From Deltaproteobacteria bacterium (GTDB taxonomy: Bacteria > Myxococcota_A > UBA9160 > SMWR01): a stretch of DNA of 50,941 nt. Shown piece after piece: positions 17,835 to 27,273 of the stretch. A model generated the notes under the pieces. It was given only the letters and a program-made list of their open reading frames with translations, made no database searches and was not told the origin of the DNA. The stretch covers positions 1 to 50,941 of the forward strand of contig JAQBHB010000048.1 in NCBI GenBank assembly GCA_032128115.1, in the 5' to 3' direction. The first letter of the stretch is position 1. The number at the start of each line of letters is the position of its first letter. The position numbers and the translations under genes are program-made.

Positions 17835-18904
17835 CGCGGCACCTGATGGAGGGGAGCGAGGCCATCGCCACATCCGCCCTGGCTGCGGGCTGCCGCTTCT
17901 TCGCCGGCTACCCCATGACGCCGTTCACCGAGGTGCTCGAGAGCTTCGCCACCCAGCTGCCCGGGGTCGGCGGAACCTGCATCAACGCCGAGAGCGAGAT
18001 CGAGGCCGTGGGCATGGCCTGGGGCGCGGCGGCCACGGGCGCGCGCGCCGCCACCGGCTCCACGGGCCAGGGACTCAGCTTGATGCAGGAGTCGCTGTCG
18101 GAGATCACCCGCGCCGAACTTCCCCTTGTGGTGTTCAACATGGCGCGGGGCCAGGCGGACTACTACCAGGCTACTCGCGGCGGAGGCCACGGCGACTATC
18201 GGCAGATTGCCCTGGCTCCCATGGACATTCGCGAAGCCGTCGAGCTGACCCAGGTGGCCTTCGATCTGGCCGACCGCTGGCGCAATCCCGTGCTCGTGTA
18301 CGGCGACTACGTGCTGGCCCACACCTCCGAGGCGGTGGACGTGTCGCCGCTTTCGTTCGAGGCGTTGCCCGACAAGGACTGGGCGGTGGACGGTAGCCTG
18401 GGCGGAACCGGACGCGCGCGCGCCGTGACCCCCCTGGGTATCCAGAAGGGCAGGAGCGACATCGATCCCCAGGCCGACTGGACGCGGTTGCAGGCGAAGC
18501 ACGACCACATGGAACGCGACGAGGTCCGCTACGAGGCCGTGTTGCTCGAGGATGCGGAGCTGGTGGTGGTGGCGTTCGGAACCGCCGCCCGCTTCGCGCG
18601 CTTCGCTGTACACGAGCTGCGACAGCAGGGCGTGCGCGTGGGTCTGTTGCGCCCCATCACCCTGTGGCCCTTCCCCCGTGAGGCCGTGGCCGCCGCCGCC
18701 GACGGAGCGCGTGTGGTAGCGGTGTTCGAGCTCAACGCGGGTCAGATGATCGACGACGTGCGGATCAGCGTGCTCGGCCGCGCCCCAGTGGTTTCCATCG
18801 GAGGCATCTCCACCGACAATGCCGGTTTTGGTGTGGGCGCCCTGCTCGACACCCGGGTGATTCGCGAACGCATCGAACGCGCTCTGAAGGAAGCTCCCGT
18901 ATGA
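17831..18904 (+). CDS. 2-oxoacid:ferredoxin oxidoreductase alpha subunit (VorB-like)
   Basis: GCRFFAGYPMTP, AESEIEA, QADYYQATRGGGHGD, LRPITLWPFP, ELNAGQM. Confidence 0.9.
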   Translation: MTRHLMEGSEAIATSALAAGCRFFAGYPMTPFTEVLESFATQLPGVGGTCINAESEIEAVGMAWGAAATGARAATGSTGQGLSLMQESLSEITRAELPLVVFNMARGQADYYQATRGGGHGDYRQIALAPMDIREAVELTQVAFDLADRWRNPVLVYGDYVLAHTSEAVDVSPLSFEALPDKDWAVDGSLGGTGRARAVTPLGIQKGRSDIDPQADWTRLQAKHDHMERDEVRYEAVLLEDAELVVVAFGTAARFARFAVHELRQQGVRVGLLRPITLWPFPREAVAAAADGARVVAVFELNAGQMIDDVRISVLGRAPVVSIGGISTDNAGFGVGALLDTRVIRERIERALKEAPV

Positions 18905-19725
18905 GTCGTGGCCCCGTGCTTCCCACTTCGGCGCCGCCGGAGCAGCCCGCCCGCAAGGTGGGCGACACCAAGCCTGGTCTGTTGCTCAGCGAGCACCACC
19001 ATATGTGCCCCGGATGCGGCGAGCCGCTGGTGGTGCGCATGCTGCTCGATGCCCTCGAAGAACTCGGTGTCGCCGAGCGCACCATCGGCGTGGTGGGCAT
19101 CGGCTGCTACACGAGCTTCGCAGGCCTTCTGGACGTGGACCTGATTCAGGCGCTCCATGGCCGGGCCCCGTCAGTGGCCACGGGCGCCAAGCGCATGCGG
19201 CCCGACTCGCTGGTCTTCACGCTCCAGGGCGACGGCGACATGGTGAACGAGGGCTTGCAGGAAGTGATCCACACGGCGGCCAGGGGCGAGTCGGTCACCT
19301 GCGTCCTGCTCAACAACGGAGTGTTCGGCGAGACCGGGGGACACATGACGGCGACCACGGTGCTTGGCCAGCGCACCAAGAACACCCTGGACGGCCGGGA
19401 TGCGAGCTACCACGGCTTCCCCATCCGGATCGGGGAGCTGCTGGCCCAGCTCGAGGGCACTACCTACGCGGCTCGCGGCTCCGTCCACGACGCGGCCGGC
19501 GTGGCGGGCGTGCGGCGGATGCTCAAGCGCGCATTCGAGACGCAGCTGGCCCATGCGGGCTTCTCATTCGTCGAGGTGCTCACCATGTGCCCCACCGGGT
19601 GGTTCGTTCCCACGGCGGAAGGCCCCGGCTACATGAACGAGGTGCTTGGCGCGGTCCACGTAACCGGAGAGCTCAAGGTGGACGGCCAACGGGTGGAGCC
19701 CCAGGGCAAGCGCCTGGAGGGCTGA
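18901..19725 (+). CDS. 2-oxoacid:ferredoxin oxidoreductase beta (TPP-binding) subunit
   Basis: CPGCG, GIGC, HGRAPSVATG, QGDGD...NN TPP motif. Confidence 0.9.
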   Translation: MSRGPVLPTSAPPEQPARKVGDTKPGLLLSEHHHMCPGCGEPLVVRMLLDALEELGVAERTIGVVGIGCYTSFAGLLDVDLIQALHGRAPSVATGAKRMRPDSLVFTLQGDGDMVNEGLQEVIHTAARGESVTCVLLNNGVFGETGGHMTATTVLGQRTKNTLDGRDASYHGFPIRIGELLAQLEGTTYAARGSVHDAAGVAGVRRMLKRAFETQLAHAGFSFVEVLTMCPTGWFVPTAEGPGYMNEVLGAVHVTGELKVDGQRVEPQGKRLEG

Positions 19726-19835
19726 CGCCCTCGCGCTGGTCATCCCCACGGGGATTTCCGCTGCTGGAGAAGGGCCCCCTTTCCGCGCTCGAAACCCTTC
19801 ATCCCTGTGCGACGGGGAGTCGATGAAGGGGCGAG

Positions 19836-21968
19836 ATGCACGCTCATGACGCCCAGGAGGAGGCGCTCGTTCTGGTCGTGAGTCCGGACGAGGGTCGCCG
19901 CGACGCCCTTCGCGCGAGCCTCGACGCTCGAGGCATCGCCGTTGTGGAATCCGTGGGCGACGACCACGCCTTCGCCTGCTACAAACGCCGGCGTCCGCAC
20001 CTGGTGCTGTTGGAGGCGGCGAACCTGTCGCTCTGCCAGCGGCTCCGCGAAAGCGGCAACGCCGCCCGGGTTCCCGTGATCGCCCTGGTTCCCGGCAACG
20101 ATCCGGACTCCATCGAGCAGGCCTATTCTGCCGGCGCGACCGACGTTTTCGACCTGGCCGAGCCGGCCGTCTTCACAGCCCAGCGTATCTGCCACCTGAT
20201 GAAAGCGAATCACAGGTTCGAGACGATCAGCAACAGCCTGGATTCCCTGGCCGCTGCCCAACGCATCGCCCGGGTGGGCAGCTGGGAGTGGAACACGGAG
20301 ACGGGCGAGATGCAGTGGTCCGACGAGATGTTCCGGATCCTGGGCATCGACCCGGACGGAAGCAAGACGGACTTCGATCGTCTGTGTGGCCTGGTGCACC
20401 CGGACGACCAGGATGGCTTCCAGCAACAGATCCGAGAAGGCCTGATTGCTGAAGGTTCGTTCTGTGTGGAGCACCGGCTGCTGCTCGCCGCCGACGAGAT
20501 CCGCCACGTGAACCAACGCGGCGAGGTGTTGCGGCAGGACCGGCGTCCCGGGCTCCATGCCACTGGAGTGATCCAGGACGTGACCGATCAGCGCCAGACC
20601 CAGGACAAAATGCAGTATCTGGCGAACTACGACGCGCTCACGGGTCTCGCCAATCGCCGCCTTTTCAAGGAGAGGCTGGCCCTTGCCATCGCCGGGGCCG
20701 AGGCGAAGGGCCACTCCATGGCGCTGCTCTTCATGGATCTCGACCGCTTCAAGCGCATCAACGACACCCTGGGTCACAGCGCCGGCGACGAGCTGCTGCG
20801 AACCGTGGCCGACCGGCTGCGCATGCACGTGCGAGGCTCCGACCTGGTGGGTCGCCAGAAGGCGGGAAACCATGACACCGATCCCGCCGTGTCGCGCCTC
20901 GGCGGCGACGAGTTCACCGTGCTGCTCTCGAAGGTGGGAGACCCGTCAGAAGCGGGCGAGGTGGCGGCGCGGATCCTCGAGAAGCTGCCCGAGCCCATCA
21001 TCGTGGAGGGCCACACCATCTCGCCCTCGGGCAGCATCGGAATCGCGGTGTACCCCATGGACGGCGAAGACGATGAAACGCTGCTCAAGAATGCCGACAT
21101 CGCCATGTACCACGCCAAGCAGCAGCGGCAGAACAGCTACCACTTCTTCTCTTCGGCCATGAATGCGACGCTGCTCCGAAAGCTCACCCTGGAGAGCCGC
21201 CTGCGCGAGGCCCTGCCCCGGGACGAGCTCCACATCCACTACCAGCCGCGGGTCGAGTTCGCGACCGACAAGGTCATCGGCATGGAGGCGCTGCTGCGCT
21301 GGAATCATCCGGAGCTGGGTGTGGTATCGCCCCGCGAGTTCATCCCGGTGACGGAAGAGGCGGGTCTCATCACCCAGATCGGGCGCTGGGTACTGATGGC
21401 CGCGTGTACCCAGGCCAAGCAGTGGCAGAACGAGGGCTACGAGCGCATCCTGCTGTCGGTGAACGTGTCGGCGCGACAGTTCGCCCATAACGACGTCACG
21501 GACGCGGTGGCTGCGGCCCTGCAGAGCAGCGGCCTGGATCCCCACGATCTCGAGCTGGAGATCACCGAGAGCGTCATGATTCGCGACGACGACGCCACCC
21601 TGGTCACCCTGCGCGACCTGCGTTCCATGGGCGTGCGCATCTCCCTGGACGACTTCGGCACCGGCTACTCGTCGCTGAGCTACATCACCCGCTTCCCGCT
21701 GGACACGCTGAAGATGGACAAGAACTTCATCCGCGACGTGGCCACGGACCCGTGCGCCCAGGGTGTGGTCAGTGCCGTGATCAACATGGCCCACAGCCTG
21801 AACCTGAGTGTGGTGGCCGAGGGCGTGGACGAGGCGGAGCAGGCCAAGGTCCTGCGCCTCCAGAAATGCGACGAGATGCAGGGCTTCCTGTTCAGCGGCG
21901 CCCTGCCGCCAGACGAGTTCGTGCGCTTCCTCAGGCGCCCTGGCACGGTCTCCGTGGGCATCCTGTAG
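19836..21968 (+). CDS. Pseudo-receiver/PAS/GGDEF/EAL c-di-GMP signalling protein
   Basis: GSWEWN PAS, YDALTGLANR, RLGGDEF, EALLRW, DDFGTGYSSL, VVAEGV. Confidence 0.93.
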   Translation: MHAHDAQEEALVLVVSPDEGRRDALRASLDARGIAVVESVGDDHAFACYKRRRPHLVLLEAANLSLCQRLRESGNAARVPVIALVPGNDPDSIEQAYSAGATDVFDLAEPAVFTAQRICHLMKANHRFETISNSLDSLAAAQRIARVGSWEWNTETGEMQWSDEMFRILGIDPDGSKTDFDRLCGLVHPDDQDGFQQQIREGLIAEGSFCVEHRLLLAADEIRHVNQRGEVLRQDRRPGLHATGVIQDVTDQRQTQDKMQYLANYDALTGLANRRLFKERLALAIAGAEAKGHSMALLFMDLDRFKRINDTLGHSAGDELLRTVADRLRMHVRGSDLVGRQKAGNHDTDPAVSRLGGDEFTVLLSKVGDPSEAGEVAARILEKLPEPIIVEGHTISPSGSIGIAVYPMDGEDDETLLKNADIAMYHAKQQRQNSYHFFSSAMNATLLRKLTLESRLREALPRDELHIHYQPRVEFATDKVIGMEALLRWNHPELGVVSPREFIPVTEEAGLITQIGRWVLMAACTQAKQWQNEGYERILLSVNVSARQFAHNDVTDAVAAALQSSGLDPHDLELEITESVMIRDDDATLVTLRDLRSMGVRISLDDFGTGYSSLSYITRFPLDTLKMDKNFIRDVATDPCAQGVVSAVINMAHSLNLSVVAEGVDEAEQAKVLRLQKCDEMQGFLFSGALPPDEFVRFLRRPGTVSVGIL

Positions 21969-22001
21969 ACAGACCGCACTCGCCTGCGATCCTGCTTCCG
22001 A

Positions 22002-22045
22002 CAGCGTTCGCCCGGGACCCGTCCAGCGTTCGCCCGGGACCCGTC
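22002..22045 (+). repeat. 22-bp perfect tandem duplication
   Basis: cagcgttcgcccgggacccgtc x2. Confidence 0.85.
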
Positions 22046-22128
22046 CAGAACTGGACAAGAGACCGCGGTCGGCTGCATAATGGACAGCTGACACACCGTC
22101 AGAAACGCCGCCGACCCGGTGCCAGCAT

Positions 22129-22180
<52 letters not shown>

Positions 22181-22207
22181 TAGGACGGGACGTGCGGGGA
22201 GCAGTCC

Positions 22208-24010
22208 ATGGCCGTGCAGACCGAGTCCACGGCTCCCCTGCACCGGGACGCTTTAGGGGACATCGATCCGGTCACCGTCGAGGTGATCCGGGGCGGCATG
22301 GAGACGGTGGCCTACGAGATGGCCACCCACGTCTCCCTCACTGCCACCACGCCGATCCTGAACCAGTCCAACGAGCGCAACGCCACCATCCTGGATGGAC
22401 GCGGCGCCCTGGGCGCGCTCTCGGTGGGAATCCCCCAGTTCATGCTCTCGTCGACCTTGCCCGTGCGCTTCGCCCTGGAGTTCTTCGCCGATGAAGGCCT
22501 GAACGACGGCGACGTGCTTGTGGCCAACGATCCCTACCACGGCGGCGGCCACCTGCCGGACTACAACGTCTTTGCTCCCGTGGTGGTGGACGATGAGCTG
22601 GTGCTGATCGCGTCGATCCAGTGCCATCACGCCGACACCGGTGGCGGCATGCCGGGTGGCTACAACGCCGAGGCCATCGACATCTGGGCCGAGGGCGTGC
22701 GCTTCCCCGCCGTCAAGATCTACGACCGGGGCGTGGAGCGTCGCGACATCACCTACATGCTCAAGGTGAACAACCGCACACCCACGTTCATTGGCGACCT
22801 GCGTGCGCAGGTGGGCGCCGCCCAACTGGGCGTGCTGCGACTCAAGGACATCATCAAACGATACGGTGTCGAGGCGGTCAAGGCCGCCGTGGATCACTCG
22901 ATCGCCTATGCCGCGCGCCGCTTCCGGGAGGAGGTGTCGTTGTGGCCGGATGGCGAGTACGAGGCCGATTGCTACGTGGATCACGATCCCATCGGCAACC
23001 AGGACATCCACGTGCACGTGAAGATCACCGTGAAGGGCGACCAGCTCACGGTGGATTTCACGGGCTCGGACAACCGCCAGGACCTGAAGGCCTACTCCAC
23101 GTTTGGCAACACCCGCGGCTACGTGGTGGCGCAGCTGGCTACGATGATGGATCCGTCCATTCCCAAGAACGAGGGATTCTTCGATTCCATCGACTTGATC
23201 GTTCCCGAGGGCTGTGTGCTGAACCCGACCCCGGGCAAGACGGTGGCGGCGGGAACCCACCACCCGGGCGTCGAAGTGGGCGAGGCGATCGCGAAGGCCA
23301 TGTCGGGCGTGCTGCCCGACCGCTCGTGTCCGCAGATCTACAAGCTGGGGGGGCCCAACGTCTTCGTGGGAAACCAGCCGGACACCGGCGAGCTCTTCAT
23401 CGACCACGGCGTCGACGTATTGGCCGCCTACTGCAACGCGGTGCGCGGACAGGACGGCTGGGGCTCCATGCCCGCCTCGTTCGGAAACCTGGTGCGCGCC
23501 ACGGCGGAGGTGAACGAATCGATCTTTCCGGTGCGCCACGAGTGGTGCGACTACGCGACCGACACCGGAGGGGCGGGCCAGTGGCGTGGCTGTCCGGGAT
23601 CGCGGGTGGTGAAGCGCGCCCTGGCTCCGGCCGGCTTTTCCACCTGGATGGTGGGCATCAAATACCCCATGGCGGGCGTCCAGGGCGGCCATGACGGGTC
23701 GCCCAACCATCTGACCTGCCGTTTCGATACCGACCCGTGCGAAATCCACAACATCGCCAATGCCCTGCCCCACGCGGCCGGCGAGGGCTTCGAGTACCTG
23801 TACGGCGGCGGCGGCGGTTGGGGAGACCCGCTGGATCGCGATCCGGAGGCGGTGCGCGACGACGTGCTCGACGAATACGTTTCGCGCGCGTCGGCGGAGC
23901 GTGACTTCGGCGTCGTCTTCAGCGGGAGTCTGGACGAATACGACCTGCGGGTGGAAATAGACGCCACTCGCGAACGACGCGAATCCCTTCGCGCCGACGG
24001 GCGGACGTAG
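22208..24010 (+). CDS. Hydantoinase B/oxoprolinase family protein
   Basis: DPVTVEVIR, NDPYHGGGHLPD, HHADTGG, DTGGAGQWRG, GGGGWGDPLDRDP. Confidence 0.92.
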   Translation: MAVQTESTAPLHRDALGDIDPVTVEVIRGGMETVAYEMATHVSLTATTPILNQSNERNATILDGRGALGALSVGIPQFMLSSTLPVRFALEFFADEGLNDGDVLVANDPYHGGGHLPDYNVFAPVVVDDELVLIASIQCHHADTGGGMPGGYNAEAIDIWAEGVRFPAVKIYDRGVERRDITYMLKVNNRTPTFIGDLRAQVGAAQLGVLRLKDIIKRYGVEAVKAAVDHSIAYAARRFREEVSLWPDGEYEADCYVDHDPIGNQDIHVHVKITVKGDQLTVDFTGSDNRQDLKAYSTFGNTRGYVVAQLATMMDPSIPKNEGFFDSIDLIVPEGCVLNPTPGKTVAAGTHHPGVEVGEAIAKAMSGVLPDRSCPQIYKLGGPNVFVGNQPDTGELFIDHGVDVLAAYCNAVRGQDGWGSMPASFGNLVRATAEVNESIFPVRHEWCDYATDTGGAGQWRGCPGSRVVKRALAPAGFSTWMVGIKYPMAGVQGGHDGSPNHLTCRFDTDPCEIHNIANALPHAAGEGFEYLYGGGGGWGDPLDRDPEAVRDDVLDEYVSRASAERDFGVVFSGSLDEYDLRVEIDATRERRESLRADGRT

Positions 24011-24012
24011 TC

Positions 24013-26082
24013 GTGGGCTATCGCATCGGCATCGACGTGGGCGGCACCTTCACCGACTTCATCGTGTCGCGTCCCGAGGGCGACGTGCTGCTGAGCAAGG
24101 AGCCCACCACCCTCACGGACCAGTCCCTGGGCGTGATGCAGGGCATTGCTCGCCTGGCGGCGGAAGAGGGGCTCGATTCCCGGAGCTTCCTGAAGCAGAC
24201 GGATCTCATCGTCCACGGCACCACCACCGCCGACAACACCATGATCGAGATGAACGGCGCGCTCACGGGCCTGATCACCAGCGAGGGTCACCGGGACGAG
24301 ATCGAGATCCGACGCGGCTACAAGGAGGACATCTGGGATCCGGCGTATCCGCCTCCGATCCCCATTGCCCAACGCCGCCGGCGGTTCGGCGTTCCCGAAC
24401 GTCTCGACTTTCGCGGCCAGGTGGTCAAGCCCCTGGACGAAGAGGCGGTGCGCGAGGCCGTGCGGCGCCTGGCAAAGCAGGGCACCGAATCCATCGCCGT
24501 GTGCCTGCTGTTCTCGTTCATCAACCCGGCCCACGAGATCCGGGTGAAGGAGATCATCGAAGAGGAGTATCCGGGGGTTCGCATCTCGCTTTCGCACGAG
24601 GTGATGCCCACGGCGCCGGAGTTCGAGCGCACTTCCACCACCCTGGTGGACGCGTACGTGGGACCGCGGGTGCAGAACTACCTGGAGCGTCTGGAGGGGG
24701 CCCTGCGCCAGGGCGGCTACGCCCACGATCTGCTCATCATGCAGAGCAACGGCGGCATCATGACCGCCGAGTTCCTGGCCAAGCGGGCCGTGGCCTCCCT
24801 GGGCTCCGGCCCCACCGGAGGCGCCATGGGAGCCTGCGCTGTGGCGAAGCGCGCCGGTGTCGAGGACTTCATCGCCATCGACATGGGAGGCACCAGCTAC
24901 GAAGCCACTCTGGTCCGGGGCGGCGTGCCCACGATCCGCAGCTTCTGGAACTGGCAACACCGGTATCTGGTGGGGCTCCCCATGGTGGAGATGCACTCCA
25001 TCGGCGCCGGAGGCGGTTCCATCGCCCGCGTGGAGGCGGGCGCCCTGCGGGTGGGTCCCGAGAGCGCCAAGGCCGACCCGGGTCCCATCTGCTACGGCCG
25101 CGGCGGCACCCGCGTCACCGTTACCGATGCCAACGTGGTGCTTGGCTACATCAACCCCGAGTCCCTGTGCGGTGGCGAGTTCAAGCTCACCAGCGACGGT
25201 GTGCGCGAGGCGCTGCGCGAGCAGGTGGGCGCGCCCCTGGGGCTCGACGAGGTGGAGGCCGCATACGGGATCTTCCGGATCGTGAACGCCAACATGGCCA
25301 ACGCCATCCGACGGGTCTCCTCCCAGGCGGGCCTCGACCCTCGCGAGTTCTGCATGGTGGTCTACGGCGGCAACGGCCCGGTGCACGCGGCGATGCAGGC
25401 CGAGGAGCTGGGGATCCGCAAGCTCCTGATACCCAAGACGTCGCCCGCCTTTTCGGCCCTGGGCCTGCTGCTCGCCGACTACGCGGTGGATACCCAGCGC
25501 TCCTACATCACGCCGTCGGCGGGAGCCCAGGCTTCGCGCGTGAACGAACTCCTGCACGAGATGGAGGACGCCGCCGAGCGCGAGCTTTCCGCGGCGGGCT
25601 TGTCTCGCGAGAACCTGGTCTTCCATCGCTTTCTCAACATCTGTTATCCGGGCCAGACCTTCGACATGGCGGTGCCGGCCGTGGCACCCGGTGGGCGCAT
25701 GACCGACGAGAGCCTGGAGGCCACCATCGAGGCCTTCCACGATCTGCACGAGAAGCTCCACACCTACGCCGTTCGCGAGGAGGAGCCGGTGCTCCGGGCC
25801 GTGCGCGTGCAGACCGTAGGCCAGACCGACAAGCCGATCCTGCGCGAGTACGAGCCCATGTCGACGTCGCTGGACGACGCCCTGCGCTCCCGGCGTCCCG
25901 CCTGGTTCCGGGATCGCTTCGTGGACACTCCGGTCTACGACGGCAATCGCCTGGGCTTCGGTCACCGGATCGAGGGGCCGGGCATCGTGGAAGAGCGCTT
26001 CACCACGATCGTGATCTATCCGGGGCACACGGCCGAGGTCGACCGCTACGGCAACTACCGAATCGAGAGGAATCAGACGTGA
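24013..26082 (+). CDS. Hydantoinase A/oxoprolinase family ATP-binding subunit
   Basis: IGIDVGGTFTD, HGTT, DMGGTS, IGAGGGSIA, TVTDANVVLG. Confidence 0.93.
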   Translation: MGYRIGIDVGGTFTDFIVSRPEGDVLLSKEPTTLTDQSLGVMQGIARLAAEEGLDSRSFLKQTDLIVHGTTTADNTMIEMNGALTGLITSEGHRDEIEIRRGYKEDIWDPAYPPPIPIAQRRRRFGVPERLDFRGQVVKPLDEEAVREAVRRLAKQGTESIAVCLLFSFINPAHEIRVKEIIEEEYPGVRISLSHEVMPTAPEFERTSTTLVDAYVGPRVQNYLERLEGALRQGGYAHDLLIMQSNGGIMTAEFLAKRAVASLGSGPTGGAMGACAVAKRAGVEDFIAIDMGGTSYEATLVRGGVPTIRSFWNWQHRYLVGLPMVEMHSIGAGGGSIARVEAGALRVGPESAKADPGPICYGRGGTRVTVTDANVVLGYINPESLCGGEFKLTSDGVREALREQVGAPLGLDEVEAAYGIFRIVNANMANAIRRVSSQAGLDPREFCMVVYGGNGPVHAAMQAEELGIRKLLIPKTSPAFSALGLLLADYAVDTQRSYITPSAGAQASRVNELLHEMEDAAERELSAAGLSRENLVFHRFLNICYPGQTFDMAVPAVAPGGRMTDESLEATIEAFHDLHEKLHTYAVREEEPVLRAVRVQTVGQTDKPILREYEPMSTSLDDALRSRRPAWFRDRFVDTPVYDGNRLGFGHRIEGPGIVEERFTTIVIYPGHTAEVDRYGNYRIERNQT

Positions 26083-27263
26083 GTGAGCGGAAGCTTCGCG
26101 AAGACGGGATGATCGAACTGGACACCAGCGATGTGGATCGCTGGATCGGGCAGCCTCTGGGTGGCGCCCAGATGAAGGATCCAGTGGAGCCCAACGACTT
26201 GCGGCGATGGGCCCAGGGCATGCAGAATCCCAACCCGCTCCACTACGACGACGAGTATGCAGCGGAGAGTCGTTTGGGCGAGCTGCTGGCACCCCAGTCG
26301 TTCGCGGTGTGCACCGACACCAGCCACGGCGCCGGCCCGGCCATCCAGGGCGTGATCCCCGGCCAGCACATGATCTTCGGCGGAGACGAGTGGTGGTTCT
26401 ACGGCCCGCGCATCCGCCCGGGCGACCGCATCAGCCACGACCGCATGCTGTTCGATTACAAGGTGTCCGAGACCAGGTTTTCCGGCCCCACCATGTTCTC
26501 GCGGGGCGACACCACGTACGTGAGCAGCACGGGCGCGGTGGTGTGCAAGCAGCGCTCGACGTCGGTGCGCTATCTGGCCGAGAACGCGCGCAAGAAGGAC
26601 ATGTTCTCCGGCCACGTAGAGCGGGAGTGGAGCGACCAGGAGCTGGAAGATCTCGAGAAGCAGAAGATGGACTACTACCAGAGCTTCCGGGACCTGGGTC
26701 ACGAAAAGCGCCTGTTCGTGAAGGTGGGCGACACGTTGCCCACGCGACCCATCGGCCCCCACACGCTCATGAGCTTCACCACCGAGTGGCGCTCCTACAT
26801 CATGACGGTGTGGGGCGCGACACGCGAAACGGCGTACGGCGAGAACTCGACCCTGGCGGCGGGCTGGCTGCCGGAGATGTCCCGCGACCAGGAGGGCGCG
26901 AAGGTCGACCCGGCGCTGGCCGACGGTCTCTACAGGGGCCCCTCGCGCGGGCACACGCAGCCGCGCTACGCCCAGCTCATCGGCATGCCCGGCGCCTACG
27001 GCTACGGGGCGTCCATGGGTGCCTGGATCCTCGACTACCTGACCAACTGGGGTGGCGAGTGGAGCTTCGTGGTTCACAGCAACATGCAGTACCGCTGGCC
27101 GGCGCTCACCGGAGACGCCACGTTCCTGAACGGCGAAGTGATCGGGCTGAGGGAAGATCCGGCCAGCGGTCAGCCGATGGCATCGGTGAAGGTGGACATG
27201 ACCAACCAGGACGACGCCATCATGTCCACCGGCGTGGCGGAGATGCTCCTGCCCCTGCCCTAG
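26079..27263 (+). CDS. Tandem MaoC/hotdog-fold dehydratase-like protein
   Basis: NPLHYDDEYAAESRLGELLAP, IFGGDEWWFYGPRIRPGD; second domain GHTQPRYAQLIGMPGAYGYG. Confidence 0.8.
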   Translation: MSERKLREDGMIELDTSDVDRWIGQPLGGAQMKDPVEPNDLRRWAQGMQNPNPLHYDDEYAAESRLGELLAPQSFAVCTDTSHGAGPAIQGVIPGQHMIFGGDEWWFYGPRIRPGDRISHDRMLFDYKVSETRFSGPTMFSRGDTTYVSSTGAVVCKQRSTSVRYLAENARKKDMFSGHVEREWSDQELEDLEKQKMDYYQSFRDLGHEKRLFVKVGDTLPTRPIGPHTLMSFTTEWRSYIMTVWGATRETAYGENSTLAAGWLPEMSRDQEGAKVDPALADGLYRGPSRGHTQPRYAQLIGMPGAYGYGASMGAWILDYLTNWGGEWSFVVHSNMQYRWPALTGDATFLNGEVIGLREDPASGQPMASVKVDMTNQDDAIMSTGVAEMLLPLP

Positions 27264-27273
27264 GAGCCCCGAC

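Noticed and set aside
24501..26078. N-terminal extension making a 920-aa protein
   Set aside because: Alternate frame inside hydantoinase A; the real gene probably starts at GTG 26079
23551..26292. 913-aa minus-strand ORF and similar long antisense ORFs throughout
   Set aside because: Antisense shadows of well-supported genes, expected in high-GC DNA; no motifs
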